Source of the DNA: Macrostomum lignano
Lineage: Eukaryota
Direction of reading: 5' to 3'
DNA length: 64,000 nucleotides
NCBI GenBank assembly: GCA_002269645.1
Contig: NIVC01000884.1
Span: 1 to 64,000, forward strand
This document shows positions 35,703 through 52,919 of the stretch, piece by piece. Position 1 is the stretch's first letter. Each line of letters opens with the position of its first letter. The notes below the pieces were generated by a model. It saw only the letters and a list, made by a program, of their open reading frames with translations. It was not told where the DNA came from and ran no database searches. The position numbers and the translations under genes were made by a program.

Positions 35703-36152
35703 GGTCACTGGTCAGATCGTCATATTCCATTTCGTCATATCGGATGACGAAGTGACCAGAAGCAAAGTAGCTTGAAAAATAATATGACGAAGTGACCAAA
35801 TATTTAGTTATGCTGGATACTTTGTCATCAACCAATCAATCAGCTGTGCGTGATTCGAGTTAGTGTAAACTATTTTTTGTTTAATAACTAAAAGCTGCGG
35901 CAAGCAGAACCGATCGATCGACAGGTTTTATCAATCGAGATGACAAAATGACTGGGATCATTAGGATTCCAAGTAAATATATTTAATTGCCACAATAATT
36001 CACTTGAAGTTGGAACTAATATGATTGGTGGATGACGAAATGACTCTCTTCAGGTAGTGCATGTTAATTAGGATGACGAAGTGACCATAGTCGAGGTGAG
36101 CACCCCAGACACCCAGATGACGAAATGGCAGATGACGAAATGACTAGGAACC
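35703..36152. mobile_element. Putative MITE with imperfect TIRs and internally repeated ATGACGAA(A/G)TGAC motifs
   Basis: Left ggtcactggtcagatcgtcat versus reverse complement of the right end ggttcctagtcatttcgtcat. At least 6 atgacgaa motifs inside. Confidence 0.45.
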
Positions 36153-36596
36153 ATGAAAAGTCCCACAGTTTGCAAATTTATCTGAACGGTTCTAGAACAA
36201 TTAAGAGAATATAAAATTAGCTATTTTTAAAATTGCCTTGTTGAGATGACACGTTTAAAAATGTAGCGAGGCAAAGAGCTGATGTTGTTGCTACAACCTA
36301 CAAAATTAGCGAGTTATTATAACAATAAAAAGTAGTTAAAACAGCTTATTAATGCTAATCTTTTACTTGAAGGGGTTGATCAGTATAAATTTAGAAAATT
36401 AAGTAGAAAAATATTTCGAGCCCCGACGTGAAAAGAAAAATTGAGCATAAAAAACTTACTGCATGAAAGAAAGAAAGATTTGGGAAAGAACACATTTTTC
36501 ATGAAAACAGTCTCAATGAAGTCACATAAAAAGCTAAGCTTATAATCAAGGACCGCTGTAGTAGAGACTCTAGAGACTTGCTAATATTTTTGGTAA

Positions 36597-39500
36597 TCAA
36601 AGCAAGTCCCTAAATACCTTCACAAGATAATTACGCATCTCCTGACCATCATTAGCCATATTCAGCGCACCGTGATAGGTTTGGTGCTCACTCAGGTGGG
36701 TTCGAACCCCCGCCCGCTGAAGCCGCTTAGCATACATGATTGCATCGTCGTAGAGACGGTCGAACTTGCAGGCCAGGATGTGGACTGGCGGCAGGTCCAG
36801 CTGGTCCAGATCGGCCGCTAGCAACGGTGACACGCGCGGATCAGTTGCTAGGGTCGCTACGCGACTGGCGACCGACTCGCTGATGACGGCGGAATCGGCC
36901 GCGACATTCGGGGACTTTGGGAATGGCTGTAATAAAAAATAAGTATATAAAACCTTGATATATTAAATTTACATGCACATCTATACACGTACATGCAATG
37001 TCTAAAGGTTTTCCTTCATTTGGTGCCCCTTGTGTGGCGCTCCCTGGATGTAGTAAGCCTCCGAACAGGCACTACATGTGCATGTATGCATTCACAAGTA
37101 CCTCTCCGGTAGCTCTCTTGTAAGCCAATCGGGCGTATTCGGTGGCATGGCCCAGCTGAGAGATCCAATCCGCAGCGCTCATATCGCCAGCCAGGTACAG
37201 ACTGAGAAACCTAGACGATGGCAAATGCTTCATCAGTGCCACATTGGAATGACTTCTATGGGAACTGGTCCGCAGGTTGACCGCCTGGGTCACCGGGTAC
37301 ACCATGAGGTGCAGCTTCGGCCGGTGAGGACTGCCAGACCGGCGAAGCTGCTGCACAACCGACGCAGTCAGCTGACCGCCAGCGCTGTCTCCGGCAATGG
37401 CGATGCGACCGGCGTCGAGGCCGAGCGACTTGGCGGCGTCGAAAATCGCCAGCGTAGCCGACAGGCAGTCATCGAAGGCGGCCGGGAACGGCTGCTCGGA
37501 TGACAGGCGGTACCTGCGAGGCCAAGAATTGAGAATCATAGTCTATAAAATCTTTGTTTTCAGAAGTCTAAAAATGCTACGATTAAGGAGATATATGAAG
37601 TCATGCCCATTCCGCTTAGCTCTGATCAGTGATCACGTAACATGCACATGGAGCATGTACACAGACGGACGCTCACACAGCGGCTTTGATTTTCTCTTAG
37701 TCACGCATGAGTTTATTCAGAATTTATGCGCAAGAGTTCCCGTTCCTCCATGCAGGGTGCAGCAATGGCTCCCGTTCCTCCATGCAGGGTAGAGCAATGG
37801 CTCCCGTTCCTTCATGATGCAGGGTGCAGCAATGACTCCCGTTCCTTCATGATGCAGGGTGCAGCAATGGCTCCCGTTCCTCCATGCAGGGTGCAGCAAT
37901 GGCTCCCGTTCCTCCATGCAGGGTGCAGCAATGGCTCCCGTTCCTTCATGATGCAGGGTGCAGCAATGGCTCCCGTTCCTTCATGCATGCAGGGTGCAGC
38001 AATGGCTCCCGTTCCTTCATGATGCAGGGTGCAGCAATGGCTCCCGTTCCTTCATGCATGCAGGGTGCAGCAATGGCTCCCGTTCCTTCATGATGCAGGG
38101 TGCAGCAATGGCTCCCGTTCCTTCATGATGCAGGGTGAAGCAATGGCTCCCGTTCCTTCATGATGCAGGGTGCAGCAATGGCTCCCGTTCCTTCATGATG
38201 CAGGGTGCAGCAATGGCTCCCGTTCCTTCATGCATGCAGGGTGCAGCAATGGATCCCGTTCCTTCATGCATGCAGGGTGCAGCAATGGCTCCCGTTCCTT
38301 CATGCAATGGTACGGTAATTCTCTCGGTACGACCCTACTGAATTGTAATAAACGGACGCGTCACATCATCTCACCTGACAGCAAACACCGTAATGCCAGT
38401 CTGCTCAACCAGTTGCTCGCACAAAGAATTGTGCATCTCAGGCGCACCCAGTGCCCAGCCGCCGCCGTGAATGTAGATAACCGCTGCTGCTCCAGCAGTA
38501 CGGTTTTCTCCAGTCCCAGACTCATGCCTTGGCATAGCAACTAATGTTCGACTGTTGGCAAATTGACGATAGTAGAAAATGACCGAACTGGTGTAGCTTG
38601 GCGCGGGAAATCTCAGTATACGGTGGGCTGCGGTTTCAAAGCTGCCCAGATTCAGTCTTTCCATAAGGCGGCCCTGCAGCAAAAGTACACCAAATATACG
38701 TCAGATTAAGCAATATCCATGCTCTTCTTAATACTATTAGACACGTGATTTAATCTTGAGAGCTCTATTGGATCTCTACCATTCATAAATCTCTCAAAAG
38801 GCATGCTTTATCTTACTCTTATTCTCGGGGGTTCTGGGGTTTCGGGGGAGGTCGGGGGTTCGATTCCCAATCCCACCTGGAACAATTTGTGTCCTTGAGA
38901 AAGACACTTAACTCTGCATTGCTTCAGTTCACCCAGCTGTAAAATGGTTGCCAGCATTAGCTGGGGTAATTGAGGCTGTGTGTGGCGATCCCCCAGTCCT
39001 TGGACTGAACAGCCGTACACAGCCTTCAGATGCGTCACGCAATGGCTGCGGCTGAGCTGTCGGTTGCACATCTGCCTATTAGAGCAGGTGTAATAAAATA
39101 ATACCTATCCATCAAAACCAGAGGGTAGCTGCAAATTGATCTCATAATATAGCTTTTTGCGTTCAAGTTCAGAAAAGTTGCAATCAATTTAAGATCGCGC
39201 TGAGTTGAAATAGCAATTTAACTGACAGATAGATCGCAGGAAGGATCGATCAAAGATGAAACGTCTCTAACATGAACAAAGGCAAAGTCTATGGTTTTCA
39301 AATTGAACGCAAAAACGGTTTTGGCCCACAGCGAGACCCCCATTTTTTACCATAGACATCTCTGCCAGCCGCCACTTGCAGCCAATGTGGCCATGCTCAC
39401 TTCAAATTCTTAAATTGAACGCAAAAAGCTATATATCTGATATAAATAAAGCCAATTAAACAATGGGATTAGGATTCGACCATAGACGTTGATTTAATTT

Positions 39501-39941
39501 ATCAGCTGGACAGAAATGCACTGGCTTTGCACTGGTTCTCAGTTCTTATAACAAAGTTAACCTTTCCGCAAAATTCTACTCTCAAAGCATTTTTTTTATT
39601 TTTTTAAGTATCAGCTCTTTGTTAAATAATAATATAGAAGAGATTGCTATCTCGTAATCTAGCCCATGCGGATGCAGGAATAGAACATTTCTAAAACTCT
39701 TCTAGTAGCTCCATTTAAGAGTATTGAGATAGAGAATGATTAACAGTCTGAACTCTCTACTGAAAATAGTCAAACAGAGCACACTCACTAAAGCAGTTAA
39801 AGTCTTGAGTGCGGCGCATCTCAGTGCCAGCAGAGCGCGGTCCTGACTAAAGTCTGGCAGAGGTTCGTACAAGCCGTACGCCAGCAGACAAGCTGAAGCG
39901 GCACTTAAAAAAAGCAGAAAACGGCAGCTGCAGCAGCCCAT
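36597..39941 (-). CDS. Arylacetamide deacetylase / NCEH1-like esterase (HSL/GDXG family), copy 1, 397 aa, 4 exons
   Basis: Exons 39941-39789, 38673-38375, 37513-37102, 36926-36597 (phases 0,2,0; 1194 nt). N-terminal hydrophobic anchor, HGGGW, GDSAGG (Ser), FDRLYDD (Asp), YHG (His). Confidence 0.92.
37738..38305. repeat. 35/36-bp minisatellite, same family as 27334-27844, in intron 2 of esterase copy 1
   Basis: Same consensus, plus a shorter 'cctccatgcag' variant. Confidence 0.95.
38847..39110 (+). mobile_element. tRNA-derived SINE, copy lacking the A box
   Basis: B-box ggttcgattcc, central gtgtccttgagaaagacacttaactc, and a 3' body shared with 41790-41880. Confidence 0.65.
39147..39434. mobile_element. 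Putative MITE with 23-bp terminal inverted repeats
   Basis: atatagctttttgcgttcaagtt ... aaattgaacgcaaaaagctatat (1 mismatch); TA-rich termini. Confidence 0.5.
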
Positions 39942-40057
39942 CAAGATTAGAGCTGAATTAGAAGATGTAAAATATAGTTATTGGGTTGGATTTTCTATGA
40001 TGAGTACAATAAGTACATTAGGCCAGGACATTGCGCACATCGGGTACAGTGGGAGGA

Positions 40058-40930
40058 GATTCTCTATGTAACTGTGTACATTGGTAGTGGGGCAGAGTTC
40101 TCTATGCAACTGTGTACATTGGGAGTGGGACAGAGTTCTCTATGCAACTGTGTACATTGGTAGTGGGGCAGAGTTCTCTATGCAACTGTGTACATTGGGA
40201 GTGGGACAGAGTTCTCTATGCAACTGTGTACATTGGTAGTGGGGCAGAGTTCTCTATGCAACTGTGTACATTGGGAATGGGACAGAGTTCTCTATGCAAC
40301 TGTGTACATTGGGAGTGGGGCAGAGTTCTCTATGCAAATGTGTACATTGGTAGTGGGGCAGAGTTCTCTATGCAACTGTGTACATTGGGAGTGGGACAGA
40401 GTTCTCTATGGAACTGTGTACATTGGGAGTGGGGCAGAGTTCTCTATGCCACAGTGTACATTGGGAGTGGGGCAGAGTTCTCTATGCAACTGTGTACATT
40501 GGGAGTGGGGCAGAGTACTCTGTGCAACTGTGTACATTGGGAGTGGGACAGAGTTCTCTATGCAACTGTGTACATTGGGAGTGGGGCAGAGTTCTCTATG
40601 CCACAGTGTACATTGGGAGTGGGGCAGAGTTCTCTATGCAACTGTGTACATTGGGAGTGGGGCAGAGTTCTCTATGCAACTGTGTACATTGGGAGTGGGA
40701 CAGAGTTCTCTATGCAACTGTGTACATTGGGAGTGGGGCAGAGTTCTCTATGCCACAGTGTACATTGGGAGTGGGGCAGAGTTCTCTATGCAACTGTGTA
40801 CATTGGGAGTGGGGCAGAGTACTCTGTGCAACTGTGTACATTGGGAGTGGGACAGAGTTCTCTATGCAACTGTGTACATTGGTAGTGGAGCAGAGTTCTC
40901 AATGCAACTGTGTACATTGGGATTGGGGCA
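40058..40930. repeat. 38-bp minisatellite (tgcaactgtgtacattgggagtggggcagagttctcta) between the two esterase genes
   Basis: Period 38; produces pseudo-ORFs in three frames. Confidence 0.97.
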
Positions 40931-41396
40931 GATGATTCTCCATACCGCTTTGTACATTTTGAGCTAGGTTTATGCTCAAACCGATTTTTAAAAAACTAGC
41001 AATAAATTGAAAGCGATGTACATGTATTGTTAGTTGGAAATGAGATATCCCTGAAAACTTTAAAAAAATATTTATTAAAAATTGCATGAGTTATAATCAT
41101 CACTACTGAAAAATGTATATAGCAACAAATTGAAGCACTAGAAAGTGGAAATTCTAACTTCGCAAGAACGAACCTTAATCAAATAAACAAATTAAAAGAC
41201 AGAAAATAATTTATACGGACAAACTACGTCAAAGACTACTAAGATCAAATAAATAACAGTAGTAAAAATCATAATTATGACCAAAAAGGATTCAGAAAGC
41301 AGTAAAAAATACCGATTTTTTGGCCTGTACGCAATTCATTTAATAACTGACGCTACTGACAAAAACTACTGAACGTAGTTGCAAAATCGCGATCCC

Positions 41397-43924
41397 TTAA
41401 GACAGCTCCTCCAGCAGCATCTTGGTCACGTAGACTCGAATCTCTAATCCGTCCCGAGGAAGCGACATCGCCCCGTGATAGGTTCGGTACTTGATCAGCC
41501 GGGTTCGAACCCCGGCCCGCTGCAGCCGATTGGCGTACATGATTGCGTCATCGAATAGCGGGTCGAATTGGCAGGCCAAGATGTGGGCTGGCGGCAGGTC
41601 CAGCTGGTCCAGATCGGTCGCTAGCAACGGGGACACGCGCCAGTCGGTTGCTAGGGACGCTACGCGACTGGCAACCGAGTCGCGGATGCCGGCTGAGGCG
41701 GCCTCAACAGCGGCAGCTGCAGGCAGAGTCTGCAATTCCAAAAGTGCAAATGCACTAAGAAGTACAAATAACAGTAATGATATAATATAATAACTGATTA
41801 CACCTGCCCCAATGGGCAGACGTGCAACCGACAGCTCAGCCGCAGCTATTGCGCGGCGCATCTGAAGGCTGCGTACGGCTGAGAATCGAACTCCCGACCT
41901 TTTAGCCGTTAGTCCGACGCTCTAACCACTAGGCTACGACCCCTTAATCTACTAACTAGTACAAACGAACCTAAAAGTACAAAGTCGGTCAGAAGTACAA
42001 ATTAGCTTTAAAGTGCTAAATGTACAGCACTTAAAGCACTCATCCGTGAGTAAAGCGACCGCAACTCACCTGTCCTGTAGCGGTCTCGTACGCCGCTCGC
42101 ACAGCAGGGGTCACGTGACCATTTTCGGCAACCCATCTAGCAGCAACGGCCGAGCCAGCCAAATAGAGGCTCACATACCTGGGCATGTGCTCTGCTTTGA
42201 GAATCGGCGCGTTCGTGTGCTGCAGCATGGAACCGGTCCGCAGGTTGACCACCTGGGTCACCGGGTACACCATGAGGTGCAGCTTCGGCCGGTGAGGACT
42301 GCCAGATCGGCGAAGCTGCTGCACAATTGACGCAGTCAGCTGACCGCCAGCGCTGTCTCCGGCAATGGCGATGCGACCGGCGTCGAGGCCGAGCGACTTG
42401 GCGGCGTCGAAAATCGCCAGCGTAGCCGACAGGCAGTCGTCGAAGGCGGCCGGGAACGGCTGCTCGGGCGCCAGTCGATAGCTGGTTTGGGGTTTGATTG
42501 GATGTCAAAATTAATGCTTAAAGTCGCTTGTTACTACTGGAGAATACTAGACAGTAGTGCGACGGCTAAATTACCGTATTTCAAATGATATATTGCTAAA
42601 ATATATTCTGGCAATGATGGGATTCAAGTTACTAATGGGGATATTTTTATTGATAATGGGATTTCCGAAAACTATCTGTGATACTTTTTATTTATGATGG
42701 GATTTCCAATTACCAATGGGGATATTTTTATTGATAATGGCAGTTTTAATTACTAATGGGGATATTTTTATTGATGATGGGATTTCCAATTACTAATGGG
42801 GATATTTTATTGATAATGGGATTCCCATAGCTGACAGCACTGAAATAATACCAATTGCCGGAAGTAGGTGAAAACAAAACAGTACATTCTGTACTTTATA
42901 ATAATATAATGATCGCAGCACAATGGCAACCCAGACTGACCGCACGGCGAACACGGTGATGCCAGTCTTATCAGCCAGCTCTTCGTAGGTTTCGCTGAAC
43001 ATCTCGGGCGAGCCCACCGCCCAGCCGCCGCCGTGAATATAGATCAAAGCGGCACCGCTCGGTTTTAATGGCCTAGCAACCAATGTCCTGGAGTCGGCGA
43101 ACTGTTCGTAGGTGAATAACACTCTGCTAGTGTTCTTTGGCGGTGGCAAGATTAGGCTAAATACCTGGCGGCGAACAACTTCGGATTCGCAGATGCAAAA
43201 GTACTCGGTGAGGTCGCCCTAGATCAGGGAGAATAAATGTAGAGATTTACCGAACTGCTATAACATTTCTGTTTACTATATTGATAGTATACCAGCGAAA
43301 CTGTAAGCCCATGCGACAATGTCACAAGAGTACTTTTCAACAAAAGTACAATAGTACTCTGAATTAATTTTTAAAGTACAAAATAGCTGTGGAATCTTGC
43401 AATCAGGGTACATGTGTACTTTTGTAAGTAATCGTAGTACTTCTAGCTAGTGTACAGATCTACAATTTTACTCTTGCAGCAAAAGCCCAAGCGGGACAAT
43501 TTTGACAGTGTACTTTTGCAACAAAAATACGCGCGTAGTTACTCCGAAAACAAAAGTACGCACATACTCCCAAAACAAAATAACACATACTCCCAAAACA
43601 TAAAAGAACACGCATACTTCTAAAAAGTACACGCACTCCAAAAGTGCACGTGTACTTTTTCAACACAAGTTGGCACGTGTCCTTTTGCGACAATAGTACA
43701 CTTTTGCTTATGGGGAAACATTGGCGTTATGAAAGTGATTTCAAAATGCGGTCAGAATCAAAGCGATACAATTCAATTGGCTATACCACAGCGTCAAATA
43801 TTCGCCAGACTGAATGGCCCAGCGTTAGAAATCCCCGGTCCAACACGTAGTCCGGCATCGGCTCGTACACGGAATAGGCCAGCAGAGCAAATAAAACTCC
43901 GCAAATGAGTAGTGCGATTTGCAT
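41397..43924 (-). CDS. Arylacetamide deacetylase / NCEH1-like esterase, copy 2, 386 aa, 4 exons
   Basis: Exons 43924-43787, 43218-42941, 42481-42070, 41729-41397 (phases 0,2,0; 1161 nt). HGGGW, GDSAGG, FDPLFDD, YHG. Exon 3 is 412 nt, as in copy 1. Confidence 0.92.
41790..41943 (-). mobile_element. tRNA-derived SINE with full tRNA head and internal deletion
   Basis: Minus strand reads ggggtcgtagcctagtggttagagcgtcggactaacggctaaaaggtcgggagttcgattctc (A and B boxes), joined directly to the 3' body seen at 39005-39100. Confidence 0.7.
42625..42830. repeat. ~40-bp intronic tandem repeat (ttactaatggggatatttttattgataatgggatttccaa)
   Basis: About 5 imperfect copies. Confidence 0.8.
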
Positions 43925-44155
43925 TTTACTGCTAATGTTTTGCATGCAACAAAAACACGTGGCCTACTATTGAGTAGTGCGATTTGCATTTTTTACTGCT
44001 AATGTTTTGCTGAAAACAAAAAAACACGTGGCCTACTATTGAGTAGTGCGACTTGCATTTTTACTGCTAATGTTTTGCTGAAAACAAATAACGCGTGGCC
44101 TACTATTGAGTAGTGCGATTTGCATTTTACTGCTAATGTTTTGCTGAAAACAAAA
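43907..44155 (-). repeat. 65-69-bp tandem repeat (4 copies) that includes the start codon of esterase copy 2
   Basis: Units begin at 43907, 43972, 44041, 44108. Each contains minus-strand cagtaaaATGCAA(A/G)TCGCACTACTC. Confidence 0.9.
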
Positions 44156-44791
44156 AACTACTATGCTAAAGCCTACTATGTAATTATTATCGATATTTAC
44201 TAATTTAATAATATTAATTTGCTAATTAGAAGATTAGATGGGACGAAAAAACTGAAGAGAGAAACTAGACCTCAATTTTGATTTATTACTATTAATTATT
44301 AAATTTTCAAGTCAATTCAGCTGATCAACAAGCGAACTGCGCTTGTTCAAATTTGCTATTTAGTTTATTTTTGCTTATCAAGCATAGACGGCGACATTAT
44401 AAGGAAAGAAGATTAATAAGGTGTCAAGGCTTGTCAATTGCTACCTTTTTCATAGTCGGATTTGGGAGGGATGCAGTTAAAACGGACAACAATGCATAGC
44501 ATTAAGAACAGATTTATATTACTAACAACAGTTAAAGTGCAAATTGGCAATAAAAACATTTTCATGCAGACAAAAAAGAAACTTAAATGGGGTAAGCCGG
44601 TAAACTCAAGTTGTTGAAGAGTTTAAACATTGTTATTAAATGATGGTTAAGGTTGAACAGGGGCATTGTAAATGCAAACGATATAGTAGTAGTTGATGTC
44701 GGTTAGGCAAACAATTGAACAGTTATGATTATCAAGGTGAACACTGTAACGAATTTTTTAAATTACTGCAGGCTTGAAAACGTTTTGGCAA

Positions 44792-49959
<5,168 letters not shown>

Positions 49960-50439
49960 CTGGGTTTTATGACAAAAAATAATTATTTACCTAAGCTGTG
50001 TAAATGTGTAGCCGTGTCTTCACATTTGCTTACATAATGCTAAAATGTGTGAAGTTTGTTAAAAGTACTGTTGGGTTCTGAGTTACACAATGTCTCTGAG
50101 TAGTGGGTCTCTGCTATCTACCCAACTATTCTACTTTAATACTGCATGCTTTAGTTGTTTTATTAAATGCATTGCTATTTAATTTATTGTTCTGAAATAT
50201 TATTAGCACTTACTATAGCAATAGCAATTGTAAAATAAGTCTAAGTATATATAAGGGTTGACAAATTTCACAACGTGTGCTACAAATGATTAATATCTAA
50301 GAGATAAATAATATATGAAATCAATAAATGCAAGTTGTCTAAAAAAGCTTTATTAGGTATATAAAGTCTTAAAATCAATTAAAGATCTTTTGAAATAAGT
50401 ATTAGGATACTAATTTGACCTATGACTAGAAATATAATA

Positions 50440-51751
50440 CGAGGGTTGTGTCATAAATTCGCTGACAAGCTTACATAGTGTCTGTTTCTTTTGTACTTTG
50501 GGGCAGAATTTTTTGTTACAGACTAAGGCACCATCGATCTTATTGTCTATGGAAAATCTTCCCTCTGGCTTTTGAGATAAGGCAGAAATCGAGTGGCATT
50601 CAAACCACCCTTCTAGCCAGTATGGAGAAAAGTGAAGCTGCCAAGCGCACTGTCATTTGGTCGTTGTGGAAGCAGCAGAAGAAGCAGGCTGATATTTACC
50701 GCGAGCTGCTGCAAATCTTTGGTGAGGATGCACCTTCGAAACAAACTGTGTCAAAGTGGGTGCAGCGCTTTGAGGACGGCTGGGAGACAGTTGATGATGC
50801 TCCCCGCCCAGGTGCACCGCGGTCATCCACTTCCAGTGACAACATCCAGCGTGTGCAGCATGCCCTGGACGATGATCGTGGAGCAACCCTGAGGCAGTTA
50901 GAGGACTTGTTGGCGATACCAATGAAGAGCATTCATCGCATCATCTCCGACCATCTGCATATGACACGAGTTGTTGCACGATGGGTCCCTAAACTGCTGA
51001 CTCCTGTCCAACTGCAAGAGAGGGTCCAGATGTGCTGCCACCTGCTCAACGCCTATCAAAACGAGCCCGACTTTCTTGGCCGCCTGGTGACTGGTGATGA
51101 AACGTGGTTTCACTTCTACGAACCGGAAACAAAACAGCAGAGCAGCGTCTGGAAGGCTACTCACGAACCCCCACCGGTCAAGGCCAAGGCGGTGCAGTCA
51201 GCAGGTAAGCGCATGGCCACCGTGTTCTGGGACAGAGAAGGCATCTTGCTGATCGAGTGGCTACCTGAAGGCAGAACCATCAATGCCCAGTACTACTGTG
51301 AAATATTGGAACGGCTGCGTGAGAAGATCAAGAGTGAGCGCCGGGGAAGGATCACCAGGGGCACTGTGCTGCAGCAGGACAACGCCAGGCCGCATACCTG
51401 CAATGCAACTATGGATGTAATCAGGAGACTAGGCTTCGAGTTGCTGCCTCACCCTGCCTATTCTCCTGACCTGGCCCCTAGTGACTACTGGTTGTTCCCT
51501 AAAATGAAAGAGCCTCTTCGTGGCCATTGCTATGGAAGCCTTTCTGCACTCAGCTCGGCCATCAGCCAGTGGGTACGAGGGACCCCCACGGAATTCTTCG
51601 CCCAGGGCATCAGCAAGCTGCCAGAGAGATGGCACAAATGTGTGCAGCTTGGGGGTGACTATGTTGAGAAGTGCAATGTTGACAATTAGCTGTTCTTTGT
51701 TTTGTTTCTTTGATATTTGCAGTTGTTAGCGAATTTTTGACACAACCCTCG
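50440..51751 (+). mobile_element. Full-length mariner (Tc1/mariner, DD34D) transposon, 1312 bp
   Basis: TA target duplication at 50438-39 and 51752-53. 29-bp TIRs cgagggttgtgtca(t/a)aaattcgct(g/a)acaa with 2 mismatches. Confidence 0.97.
50622..51689 (+). CDS. Intact mariner transposase, 355 aa
   Basis: ATG 50622. HTH region, WVPKLL, TGDETW, QQDNARPH, YSPDLAPSD; 34 residues counted between the 2nd and 3rd catalytic Asp. Confidence 0.96.
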   Translation: MEKSEAAKRTVIWSLWKQQKKQADIYRELLQIFGEDAPSKQTVSKWVQRFEDGWETVDDAPRPGAPRSSTSSDNIQRVQHALDDDRGATLRQLEDLLAIPMKSIHRIISDHLHMTRVVARWVPKLLTPVQLQERVQMCCHLLNAYQNEPDFLGRLVTGDETWFHFYEPETKQQSSVWKATHEPPPVKAKAVQSAGKRMATVFWDREGILLIEWLPEGRTINAQYYCEILERLREKIKSERRGRITRGTVLQQDNARPHTCNATMDVIRRLGFELLPHPAYSPDLAPSDYWLFPKMKEPLRGHCYGSLSALSSAISQWVRGTPTEFFAQGISKLPERWHKCVQLGGDYVEKCNVDN

Positions 51752-52919
51752 TACATAATAATTGAAAAAAGATTATATTAAGCCTAAGCTAATAATTTTT
51801 GTTATAAACAAGAAAATCTAAAACATATAAATATTTTTGTTATCACATCCATCTATCTATATCATAAGCTGAAGCATATATACATAACCTTTTATATATT
51901 ACTTGGGTCATACAATAAACTTTTCTATAAAATATATCATATACCTATACTTATATAATCATTTTGCTATCATTTAGCCATAAGTCCTTAAGAAGACAAC
52001 ACAAGGTATAGGAAAAAACATGTCACTTTCCAAAAAAATTAATTGGTGGCTGACATGGAGATGGAGGGTGGGGCAAGTCACAGTTTGTGAGATTGCTGAC
52101 TTCTATGGCATCAGTGTAGCACATACATGTGCAACCATACATGCCCAACAAGATTTGCGACTTACCTATGTACCACGATACTGAAGGACTGGGGGGGGGG
52201 GGTAGCATGCTTTTTGTGCTTGTGCTTACTGAAAAATTAAAGTACCTTATTTCTCTTCCCTTTCTCCTGCCTTCATTTTCGCGATTGATTTATCGTTCAC
52301 TTATTCACTTATGCAGCATTGTAGACCATGCTTGGGCGCAACCTTGGGATTCACCTGGCTGTTTCTATTGGCAACAAACATATGTAAATCGCAATTGGCT
52401 GAGAGCAGTCATGTGACTACTATTCTGTCCAATAGATTGACATGTGTGTTGTCAATAGAAATGGCTGGGTGATTCCCAAGGTTGCACATGTATGTTGCAG
52501 ACTGCAGTACTAAACTGCACTGTAGCCTGTACCCTGTAGGCTACACTCTACATACTGTACTGTATATCTGGCAAACTAACTTGTATATATATACACTCAC
52601 GCACTTTGTACTTGTACTTGTGCAAATTTGCACTTGTGCACTCATGTACATTCATTGAGTTATTATATACTTCACTTAAAGATAGAGCTGCACCTGACTA
52701 TATACTGAATCCTGTGAGTGGGACAAAAAAGGCCATGAAGACTATTCTATCAACCAGTTCCCCCTTTCTGCAACTGAAGAGCAAAAGCCATTGCTCTTTA
52801 CATGATGGAAACTTGGTCGTGTAACTCACTGGAGAAGTTATTGATTGTTCTAGTGCGCATTGGATATTAGAAGAAAATTTACCAGCAATCTTAAGTGCAG
52901 CCCAGGGATCAGGTGATGG

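Noticed and set aside
40112-40967. Three overlapping Cys/Trp-rich ORFs
   Set aside because: 38-bp satellite read in three frames.
41880-41943. Possible tRNA gene
   Set aside because: No 3' acceptor stem; it joins directly to a body shared with 39005-39100, so it is treated as a SINE head.
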